DNA of 64,000 nt from a bacterium. Its GTDB lineage: Bacteria > Margulisbacteria > Marinamargulisbacteria > UBA817 > JABISL01. The notes beneath the pieces were generated by a model. It made no database searches. It was not told the DNA's origin and saw only the letters and a program-made list of their open reading frames with translations. The position numbers were made by a program, and so were the translations under genes. Of the stretch, positions 11,201-23,200 are shown piece by piece. The stretch is from NCBI GenBank assembly GCA_018700055.1, contig JABISL010000050.1:7619-71618 (forward strand), written 5' to 3'. Every line of letters starts with the position of its first letter. Positions within the stretch are counted from its first letter, which is position 1.

Positions 11201-14200
11201 GGATATTTGGATCAATGACGCTGATAAGGCAGCTGTCGGATCTTGAGGCGCCACTTGGGGCGCAAACGGATCTGGCGCCGGTGCGCTTGCCTTGTCTACA
11301 TTATTAGATTGGGCTTGAAGCAGATGATGAAGACTCTCCGGACTAGCTTGGGCCAGCACTTCATCCATATCACCATCACTAATTGCCTCTTGTACCGTTG
11401 GGTCTATCTCTATCATTTGCGCTAGCGTATCCGTCGCCAATGACGATTGTCCGCTATCCGCCCCCGTCACCTTAGCTAAGAGTGCTGCTCGAGCCGCCCG
11501 GTTCTTGGGGGTCAATACCGTTTTGGGATCCATTTCTGGAAGAGCGTCACTCGACTCTTTTGACATCAATGCGTTCACTTGGTTCAGATCCAGAATAGCC
11601 ACTACACTGCCAAACCATACCCCTCTGTCAGAGTCCGTTAAATTAGCGGCCAAACCGATTACTTTGGCTTGGTTTGCTGAAGGTAAATTAGCAAAGGCTT
11701 CTCGGAGTGCGGCTTTCCGCTTGTTGCGTTTTTCTGACACCTCTTCTATCTCCTCGTCGAGGTCGTCATGTAGGCCTTCTCTAACAGACGTATTTAGTGT
11801 TAACCCTTTAGCCACTTTATCAATCACTTCTCTGAGTACATCGTTGAATAAATCCATATTCTCAAGCGCTGCGGGTAATTTGTCTGTCGCTTCTTTTAGT
11901 CCCTCAGCTATGGCTTCTTTAACTGCTTTTCTTTCTAGAATATCTGAAATCAAACTCTCGGCTTTTCTATCCAGGGAATTCATTATGCTGGCTCTGTTTT
12001 CGGGAGACACTTGATTCGCTTGATCAAATACAGAACGCGCAGAGTCACTGGTAATCGTATCCAGAGCCCCGCCTAGTTGGGACCGGGCGGCAAAAATAAC
12101 TTCTACTTCCTCACGCAACTCTTGCGTTTGCTCATCCGTATATAGGTAATTGAGTTTGTCTATGTCTTTTAGCTTCTTTTCAAATGTGGCCTTATCCATA
12201 GGGGTCCCTGTGGATACGTCATGCTTAAGTTGCTTAAGCGCAGTCTGGGCGACATCCGCTCGCAATGATTCATTGAGTGGTGCCGTTAGCACGCTGCCAA
12301 ACGCATCGTCACCTTTTTGAGTAAGATTTAGAATCACCTGTACCGCCCCAGCATGGCCGCCTCTGGCCAATTCCCTCATCTTACCCACCGTTTTCTCGGC
12401 ACCTGCCTTAACATCCGGTTGATCTGAGTGGAGATCATTATGTAATCTCTTGGCAGCTTGTTCTGGATTACCTGCAAGGACCGCTGCCCCAGCTAGTTTG
12501 CCTTCTTTGATTAAAGAATCCGCTTTGCCGACTACTTTTTGGGTAACCTGTCTCAATGCCTTAGCGAACTCGCCATCCGCGCTAATAAGCGCTTTCATGT
12601 CAGAATTATTCTCTAAGAGCATGCGTATTTCACCAAGTTGTGTTTCGGGTAATCCACCTTTTAATTGGAGATTCGAAAGGTGATCCAAGACACGATTCTG
12701 GGACTCTTTATGTTCTTCGGCACTTACTATTGTGGATTCGTTTTCGGTCTCTAGAACCGTTTCCTTTAGTTCGGTAAGCAAGTCAGCTATTTGATCCCTT
12801 GTGATACTTTTATCCGTTCCCGTTATGGCCCCCATCCGAGTGGTTGGCCCGGTGCCTAACTTCTCACTCGCTTTGACCAGCCTCACCCGCTGAGTCGTTT
12901 TCGCCAAGTCTTTTTGACTTAGTATGGTGTCACCAGTGATAATCAGCGTCTCTCTGGCTGTATTCTCAATACTCGTTAATTGAGGGCCCAGATTAATTAG
13001 AGCACCCTGCGCATCAGTATCACCACTATCAGCTGCTACTTGCAACTCGGCACTATATGATTGAGTGGCCTGGAGAAGCGCACTATTCATGTCTCTTACA
13101 TTTGCTTGGAGCTCTCTACTTGCAAACGCAACATTTTGGAGTTGTTGAACATATCTACCTAATTCTTCGAGCTTCTCTCCCTGCTTAGTCGGATCGCCTT
13201 CACTTAAATAACTTGCTGTAATTTGATCTTTCAGATCATTCTGTAAGGCCACGTTATCGACTTGACCCTCTACCATAGAGTCGTTTTTGGCCTGAGTCAT
13301 GACCTCATTGAATATAGTTATAGATATACCAGTTTTGAACCCTTGTAGCCCCGATCGAATATGTTTGTTGTAGGCAGCCGCTGTATGTTTAGGGAGTCCC
13401 GCCAGCAAGGCATCTTTGACTACTCGATTGGGCGAGTCCCATACCATCTCGATCGCAGTCATAACTCTGAATATTCCTTTTTCCTGAATTGTTTCAATGG
13501 CAGTAGGCAGCATATTCGGATGCTCAGTGAGGTATGTCCCGATTTGTCCCCCTAGACGTCCGATTTCTCCTTTCTGAAGACTATTGAAATCAATCTTAGT
13601 ATCCATAGTCTCTAAGACCTCAGCAAATACAGCTGAGCGTTGATCGGCGTTGGGAACGCCATCTAAGAGTGATAATACAGACTGAACTGATTTTCCAGCG
13701 GTATCTGCACTGCTATCCACTTTAGTCATCATCTCCATAAGTAGCTTAGCGCCCTCTTCTGGCTCGCCTGATGCCAGAACATTACTGAGTGCTTGTCGCA
13801 TACTGGGGTCTTTCAAGGCGTCGGTTACATTTTCCTTAGACATAGTCCCTAGAGTCACACCAACCTGAGCATTCACTTGTAAGGTTTGCATCACTTGGGC
13901 TTCGGCCCCTAAACCGTCTGCCACGTCAGATACAAACGCGACAAGTGCCTCTTCAGCTGTTTTGATTTTCCCTTCATCCTTAGTAGCTATAGCCGCCTTC
14001 AAGTTGTCTTTCAATCCTTTTAGTGTGTTTTCGGGTTTTGTTTTATCACCCTGCGTGATCTCTAAGGTGTCAGGCAGTTGCTCCATAACCATTTTGACAA
14101 CCCATTGAGCTTTGGTAATTATCCTAGCGGTATCCCCTGTTGGCTTCTCCTTTAAATGAGTACTAATGGTCCGAGAGAACTGATTCTCCTTTAATCCTTC

Positions 14201-17200
14201 AATGGTGTTTCCCCTGCCCATTTCCATGAGGAGGGCATCGTTTATCCCGCCTTGGTTGGCGTAAAGGATGTCATTAATGGTTTGGCCTCGTTGATCCATC
14301 CCTGGTCTTCTTTCCCCACTAGGATCCTTACGGGGATCGCCCGCTGAGTCAGACACCGGCTGGCTATCCGTTCCCATGAGGACCTGAGGGGGTAAAGCCC
14401 GTTGCGTTACACGATACAAGTCTCTTATAAACGCCTTACTCTTCGGATCCAACTTGGCCTTGGTCATATTGGTTTCTAATTTAACTTCTTCTGCATTCCG
14501 ATCCGCCGGATTGAGCTTGAGTAGCTTGCTCACATCGATTAGAGCGGTTCCTTTTCCTGCTACATCTAATGCTTCGAGCATCTCTCTGAGGTTATTTTCT
14601 ACTACAGTTTGATGATCGACTTGATTTTGAACCGCATCTTTTAAGCCTTTTTCAAACTCAGCCTTCAGATCTTGCGCTTCTTTTAGCTCTCTCGCTGGGG
14701 CGATTGCGATTTCATTTTCACTTAACTCTTTTTCATTGGCTTGAATGGTGAGGTCGATCATCACTAATTCGTGACGCTTACTATCCAACACCCCTTGATC
14801 CAGTTTTTGTTTCTTCTTTTTCATATCGGCTAGAAAATGGTGTGAGTGACTTAACTTAAGATGTTCGCCCTTCACCTCTACCTTTTTATCACCTCTTTTT
14901 TCTGCTTCCTCATGAGCTTCGATTTCGGTGCCTAACGTCTCTAGTCCCTTCCCTAGCTCGGCTATCTGCCCAACTAGTGCCTGTCTGGCCTCTTTAGACT
15001 TGGGAAGGCTGGCCTGAAGTTCTTTGACCCGTTCTATGGCCTTGGCCTGACCGTCGTCATCACCCTCTGCGCTTGCCGCCGCTCCATCCAACTTAACTGA
15101 GATCTTCGACAGTCCCGCTTGGAGCTCTGCTTCTCTTTTGCGTTCATCTCTTAGAACACCGGCGCTCTTATTAATGGCATCGACATTCTTTAATACCGCG
15201 GTTCTTTTCTCTGGGCTTAGCCCGTCCAATTGCTGAGAGCGTTTCTTAGAGTCATCGAATGATTCTGAAATACCCTGCTCGGGCGTTATTATAGGAACAG
15301 CGTCTGCAGGAAGCCCCATTTCTCGACTTACCCGAGCAACTGCGTCTCGTGTTTGCTTATCGACTTCACCAAATCCCGTTAAGTTTTCTTTCATGGCGCG
15401 ATTCAGCTGCTCGATCACCCGCTGTTTGTCATCCACAACTCCGTCATCCACTTTGTCGCCGCCTTTTCCTCCTTTATTAGAAATAATATTAATCAGCGTC
15501 TTACGCCCCTCTTCATTGATACTATCCCCGGAATGAATAAAGAGCTGCAGTGCCGAATCTATTTGAGCCGTGCGTTGTTTGCTTTTACTATCAGGACCCT
15601 TAGCCGATTCAATTTGCTCATTGGTCGACATTTCCCACGCTTTGAGTTGATCTGTAAACCGTTTCTGACCAGAGCCTGTATCTAGGTGGTCTCTCATGCC
15701 CCCAAACCGGCCCAGTTTCTCCGTTTTGGCCGCCTGTTTAGCCCCTACCCTAGATCGAAGCTGCGCATAGCGCTTAGCCGTGTTTACACCGGTACGACTC
15801 CCATCACTCCCTTCTTCTGGAGAGTTGGTCATGAGTTGTCCAAAGGATTCTCTAAGAGAGCTTCTCGTAGTATCTGCTCCCCTCATCTCCTTCACCATCT
15901 CTGAAACAGCTGACCATCCTCTTTCGCCTGCGGCATTCAATATTCCCAAGACATGTGAGCCGTCACCTTCTTTCTCCATCTGTTCCATGAATGTTAGGGC
16001 ATCGTTGGCATTGAACTTACCATCCTCGTCAGTGAAGGTGTCTCTTATCATCTGAGCACTATCCAAGGCTGAGTCCATTGGCCGAGCCGCTTGATCGCCA
16101 GAGCCCATTAGGGATTTTGCCCCGACGGACTGAAGGGCGGCGCTATTAGATCCAATCATGTCAGTAATCAGATCGGCGATATCATCTGTTCGGTTGTGAT
16201 AGAACATTGAGGTGGCATTAGATGAACTTTCGATTAACTGACTCGCCAACGCTTGTCTAAGCCCCTCACTCTTCTCTAGTCTGTCCACAATAAGTTCCAT
16301 TCCTTTGAGAGGTCCTTTTGTCCCTCCTTCTTGGTTGTCTTTGTCGTCTTGATCGCGTCTATTCGTCCTATAATCGTCTATGGCCTTATTTCTGTTCGCA
16401 TAGAAATCATCATTATCGTCTTTATTCGCAATCATCTGTCCTGTCATCACTTGCGCAGTAAATGCATTAGCGTTATACGACAATTTGGATTTGCCACTCT
16501 TTCTATCTACCCCACGACCTAGTTGTGCATCCATATAGGCGGTGCCTAGCTCTGACACTGTACTTGGCATGTTATACAGAGCCGATGGAGTTTTACTCAT
16601 TCCATCTAGTAGTTTGGCGAGAAGAATAAACGGTATACCAATAGTCCCTTTTGCAGCCATTGTTGCCGCAGCTCCCATTCTTTCTCCGATAGTTGCAGGG
16701 GTGTCTTCCGTCCCATCAGATGTTCCAAATACCACATCGGCATTTTTTCCAAAGTTAAAATTACCAACAGTATCCCCTAACAGTGGGGCTTTCTTTTCAC
16801 CTGCGTCAATCTTGGCTTTGCTATGAAGCTCCTCATCTATCCCCCCTAGAATCTGCATTTGATCATTCATGTCTGCAATTAACCCCACCAACTTATCCGC
16901 TTCTGCCGGAGTCAGAGTCTTAGCATCCTTCTTCGCAAGCTCCTTTATTTTTCTACTAGTCGCCTGGGAGTTTGTAACCACACCTTTTAATTTATCACCG
17001 ACCTTCTGAGCGGCCTCTTTATCCAATGACTTATTCGCCTTTCCTTCTAGACGACTGACATTCGTGGCAATGGTCTTTTGGACATTGAGTTGTCTGACCG
17101 TAGGGGATACCTTTTTGCCAAATACGGCCCCGAGAGCCGTATCGAAGTTATCTCTAAATACGCCAAATTGGGGGCCATCCTCTCCCGTCCCTTGATGGGC

Positions 17201-20200
17201 TTGAGCCGCAGTTTTTTGGGCCGTCTCTATAAGTACCTTGTTATATTCTATATTGCTCTTTCTCAGCGCAGCATCTCTCCGCTCACCCGCTTTCTTAGGG
17301 GGTACGCCTCTCGCTATATCCCGGTCATACAGTACCCCAGCCGTTGCATCTGCAGCGGCCTTACTTTGTCCCGCTTTGACGTGTTTTTCGCCTACGTTTA
17401 GCATGGCACTGCCATCCTCTTTTCTAAGAGTCTGAAGCGCTGCCTTGATATCATTCGCTATATTACCCACTATGCCCTGAATGGACTTGGAGATCTCTTC
17501 TTGGGCTTTTTTTAGAAATTGGATATTGGCTAATGATGTAGAGGCACCGGCTTTCATGGCCTTTGAGGACATAAGCACACCTTCGAGACCTTCTAAGTCA
17601 TCACCATATTCGGCCTCTTCGCCTTCCATATCTTCTTTGGTGTCCTTATCTATTTCCTTGAGGGTTTGTTCGAAGAAGATGCTCTCTACGATACCCATAG
17701 CCATCGTAATAAATTTATCAATGTTCCGCCTTAAGAAATGGCCCCCCATTTGGGCAAACCCTGCCGCTTTTTGAGGATCACTCAGCATTTCTGTCGCCTT
17801 GTCATTCATACTATCTTTCATTTTGGTGACTATGCCACGTTTATCTTCTTCACTAGAAACCGGTGTAGCGTCTGAGCTGCCGCCCGCATCACCTGTATCA
17901 GCAACGACCGCGGTATCTGGCGATGAGGCAGCGTTGGCTGCGGCTTGAGCAGCGTCTGGGGTGGCATCTAGTACCTCTGCTGGATCCAATGCATCACCAT
18001 CAGCCCCTAGATCTGACCCGCCTTCAGCCGCATTTGCTTGAAGGTCACTTGCCTCAGACGAACTAGTTGGTGCCGGAGGAGGCGCCGGTGGCGGCGCTGA
18101 TGGATCTATATCTGCAGCTTCGACCTCGAGCGCGTCTTGGACTTGTTGGGCTTCTTGCTTGTGGATTGGTTTAGCGGGTTTCCCACCATCACTATTGGAT
18201 TTGGATTTTCTAAAATAATCTCTTAATTTTTGAAAGCCTTTCTTTACCTTGCTAGCTACGCTTTTAAGAGTCTTCTTGATATCAATTTTTCTTGCACTTT
18301 TGATGGTTTCTTTGATGACTTTTTTTGTAAACTCTACAGCCTTTTTAATACCCTCTTTAATTTTTCCACCTGCCCATCGGGCTAGTTTTACGAGCTTTTT
18401 TCCTAAAAATTTTGCGGTTCTAAACCCTACTACAGCGATAACTTTAACCAAGTATGCTATCGCTCTAAACGGTGCTAAAAAGGCGCCAAGATATCCCCCT
18501 CCACCAAAATTAGGCGGTTTAAGACTTATTGCATTTTTAGCACTCTTACCAGCCTTCTCACCTTTATTTGCCTTATTCTTACCCTTCGCTTTATTACTCT
18601 TCTTAGCCTTACCCTTCTTGTCGGCCTTAGCACTCTTCTTGGCCTTGGCAGCCTTTTGGCTAGCTCGGGCCTTTTTGAATTGGGACTTAGCACTCATCAT
18701 CTGAACGACCAATTGGACTAGGGCCATCATTGCGGCTCGGCGATCCGCCATAATCTCATTACTCCGTCCGGCGATATCACCCAATCGATCAAACCGCGAC
18801 CCGATCATTTTTTCTTTGATCCCTTTGACGGTGTTTTGGAGGGATCCCATACCCGAGCTAAAGGACTGTCCCGCGGTGGTTTGTCCGAGATCCTCGGCTA
18901 GGCTTTCGATAAACTGGGCGCGACTCTGAGCCACCTTTTGCGTGGCTTGGAGCGCAGTCATTCGGGTTCGTAACTTCTTTAATGCCTTAAACTTTTGGCG
19001 ATGATCCACCGATGTTCTGGAATACCCTACAAATCTAGAGAATCCATTATTGTTGGTTTTACGGAAGTTCCTTTGATTTTCTGCTTTGCGTTTTTTTCGC
19101 TTGGCGGCTAATCTTTTCTCTCGTTGTTCTTCTGTTTCATTTGGATCGACTTCTTCATCCTCTTCGGCATCCGTTGCAGGGTACTGAATCTCATTATCCG
19201 AAAAGAACCCGGTCATGGTGTTATAGATTAATCCCCCCAAGCTATTGGTCATCGATAGGGCGACACCCATGGCAGGCAGGGCTGCTGAAGAAACCTTACT
19301 CGCTATTGCACCTAATGCCATTGTTCCTGCCGCTAGGATGCCTTCTAATACCGCCTTGTCATAGGTTCTATAGGTCTGATATTTAAGGTCGTTAGCTTGG
19401 GCCTTCGTTCCTTGCCATTGGCCAATCATACTGTGTTGCTCCATGAAATGCCCCGCCATCGTCATACCTTCAGAGGAGTTAAACTGCATCGCATCATTCC
19501 CCATTGTGGTGATTCCCCCCACCTTGGCACCAATACTCTTAAAGTAATTAGACCGTGCCGCACGAAGGACCTCTCGTAGCATTTCTGCGATGACGCGTTT
19601 CTCTATCCATTCCAAAAAGTCATCCGTAAATTGTCGATCTTGGACCCTTCCTTTAATAACAGTTGGCGTATTATTCCCCCCAATGATTAACATCCGACTG
19701 CCATTCTCAACCAAGTTACGGCGATAGGACTGGAACATTAAATACTCTTCAATAGAGTCGGTCGCCTCGGAGTCGTCTACATGAATCCCCTGAATAAGAG
19801 CCCCATCACCCACCAACTGAGGGTTAGTGACATAGTAATCATCCACTAACTCGTCAAAGGATTCATTGTCTTTGACATTACCGTCTCTAGTTCTATTTTC
19901 GGTAGATCTGCCATTATCGTGGGCATAGTCATCGCCATCGATGTTTGCTTTAAGGGAGGCGGTATCACTATCGTCACCCAGCTTGCCAATCCAGGTGGTC
20001 TGCATCTCCGTCCAAGCCATGTTGGAGCCATAAGGAACCGTAGACTGATTGCCTTGAGCAATCGTTAATGGATTAGTGGAAGCCCCATCATATCGGTTCC
20101 GATAATCAATCAGTGTCCCGTCACCCAGTTGGGACACTTCGTCATCAAAGTCCTTATAGTCTTTAATGTAATAGGGTCCGTGAGGGATATCTACAAAAAA

Positions 20201-23200
20201 CATTAAGGTTGCCGTGGTCATATTCTGGAGGGCTTGGACCATAGGGAGTGCCCAAGGAGCGCCCAATACTGCCGCTATCGACGCTAATCCAGCTAGAATT
20301 GACCAAACTGTAGTAGAGGCGAAGTTAATAATGGATTGGGTGCGCAGACTTGCTACTTGGGAGTTATTCCAATTGGCTTCTTGTATCGAACTAAACACCG
20401 CCGTCATGGCCGTCAAAACCTCAGTAGTCCGGCTAAATTGGGATTCAAATATTTGACTCATCCCCGCCGTAGCACTGCGTTTGGGGGTGTCACTTAGTCG
20501 AGAGGCGATGGTGGCAACCCAGTCCACTTTTATCTTGATCTTCAACATCGAAAACCGCATCCTCTGATGGGTCTTGGCCAGTTCGTGTTTCATAAACTGA
20601 AGCATCGGCATATCGACCACTTTTCTGGAGCTATTACCACTATCAGATATGGATCGCAGGTTATACCCCAGATCGAATATATTCATCATGAGGTTCTTTT
20701 CTATATATTCGTTATCCAGTAGGTCATTTTGGTCATTTACAAAAAAAGCAGATGAGGTCAGCCTACTTGCTGATCCCCCATACAAATCGTTATTAATCCC
20801 AGAAAACCCCGATCCAGAATCTGCAGACACAAATGTTTCATCCGTACTCGTTTCCTCACTTGTGTTTTGGGAAACGGGATTGGCATTAATGATACCTCGA
20901 GGGTCTGTGGGGTTCCCGAATGGAAACTTGCTGTTGATATTCCCCATCGCACTATCAACATCGCCCATCATATTGCCGGTCACACTGGGTTGCGAATTAT
21001 CGGGAATGGATACGACTTCCTGATTGCTACCCGGGGGATCATTCGACAAGGACGGGTTAGTCACTGTAATCGATGAAATCCCATATTCGATTTGCTTTGA
21101 GAGCGGCGTCGTAACCATGGGATCTCCATTAATAGGGATCATCTCGATTCGCCAGTTTCCATCATTCTGATAAACATTATGTTGGTTGCCACTACTATCG
21201 GTTAACTTATAGTCTTTGGGCCCTTTGGGAATCGGTAGAATAAACTCAAAGGTGTCCTTTAGGAAATTAATGTCTATGGGGGGAGAGCTACTGAAGGGAT
21301 TAAAGAAGTTGGTGTAGTAGTTATAGAGGTCATCATTCGTGATGCCATCTTCGAAGACTGCTCCCTCATTCGTAGTCGTATAAGTAGCAGTAAAGAAGTT
21401 GCTAAAACTTAGCTCGTCTTCGTATCTCTCTAAGGTGCTGAGGGTCCCGGTAGCGGGGTCTGTATCGGTGTTATCCGTCCCATCCATCACATAGTCTGTG
21501 GTCCCGTCGTTATAGACCGTAAACACATGACCTACGGTCCCGCCAGCATTGGGGGTTAACTCTCCCGCATAGAGTTTGATGTTGGCTTTGGAGGTGGAAT
21601 ACGCAATTCCTTTTTCTTCTTCTAGGGCTCTCATTAATAGACTGGCCTCTAATAGCGCAAAATCCTCACAATCCCCGCCGCCATCCGTAATGGTTTGGTC
21701 TACCGTCTTCCAGACGTCGCCTGTGGTCTCACTACTATAGGTATAGCCTTTAACCCCGCCACTTCTGACGAATGCGTGTACATTTTCAGCGATTTCCAAA
21801 TCTGTACATCCTGAACAATCCCCATACTCTGCAGCCCATTCGTCATAGAGATCCGAGATTGGACTCCCATCACCTGACACGCCTGGATCAATCAACTGAG
21901 GTGCGAGATTATAATCAAATCCAGGCCGTTTGTAATCGATCAACTTCATAAAGTTTTCTTGAGAAGAGGCTCTTTTATCACTTGCCCCCTCTTCAGAGAT
22001 AACATCCATTAGATTCTCTCGCATTTCTTGAGGCGTATTTAACGCCGTAGACATTTCAATTGCCGCCGCAGTGACATCCGAAACGAGTCCGATTATGGTA
22101 GATACCACACCTATTACTCCCGTAACGACTTTTGAAATGGGCTCCGGCAAAAGCGCCGACGCAAAAAGGAAGATTGCGCCCACAATCCCTGTCCAAATAC
22201 CAATTGATTTTGCAACACGTCTTGCGGTATTAGCTAATTTAAAATGGATGAGCTTATGGCGTGTCCACTCATTGTTTAACTGAATAATCTTTTGGGTATT
22301 GTTAAGGATATTACTGTAGCGGAGCGAGTCCAATGCGGTGCGACTCTCAAATGTCTGCGAGTCCACATCCAATCCTTCGTTGTTACCACTGGCTAAGCTA
22401 TCCATCTGCTTGGCAATGGCATTGATACTTTTGGTGATATTACTATGAATGTAATAGAACAACCGCGTGACATTAAACCGGTCTACCATTGCCTTATTCG
22501 CAACGACCAGGGTATCCCATTTCATGGCTAGAAATGGTGCATTTGTTGCCCCTGACCCAGCGCCACCTTGGATCGTGTATTGCGGTACTTCACTATCATT
22601 TCGACCACTCCGGAACCGACCACTCAACTCTATATCATCCACATTGTTTCTCGTTGACATATTGTCAGAGAAACTCCTCGTTCGATCATAGTCCATGTAA
22701 TCCATCATTAGATCGGTGGTGGCCATTTCTCTTTTGCTAATCCCCGATTGGCCATATTCGGCTAGCCAACCGTCCATATCGGTACTCACTGCGGAGGGAT
22801 TCGATAGTCCCCCTATTTCGCCACTATAGATAGGAGTTAGCTCACGTTCTAGTGAATCAATACGTGCGACTTGGTCTTTATGGTACTGTTCCGCGAAGGG
22901 GATCTCCGCTTGGGTATAAGGAACGATTCCTTCATCTGTCATCGTGTTATCTACTGCCGTCGCCTGGTTGGCTAGGGAGAGTACCCGCTTATCATCCCTA
23001 GTCGCTTCGGATAAGCCATAAACAGGATCGTATCCAGCAGAGATTCTTAATGCCACATCATGGGTTCGGCTAGTGATGGTAGGAATCGGATTAGCTAACT
23101 GCCATTCATCTATCACATTAACAGGCGTTGCTGGCGGATCCCCATATACTGCCTGAAGGTAGACTTGCATTGCCACTGTGCCATTGTCAGTAAACTCTGG

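Larger units (their letters stand above)
18410..22235 (-). other. membrane-spanning mid-section of the giant protein (four clusters of hydrophobic helices)
   Basis: By-eye hydrophobic segments. About 22065-22235: IGIWTGIVGAIFLFASALL and VVTGVIGVVSTIIGLVSDVTAAAI. About 20190-20335: TTVWSILAGLASIAAVLGAPWAL... About 19205-19345: GILAAGTMALGAIASKV and LPAMGVALSMTNSLGGLIY. About 18410-18520: GYLGAFLAPFRAIAYLVKVIAVVGF. Confidence 0.6.
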
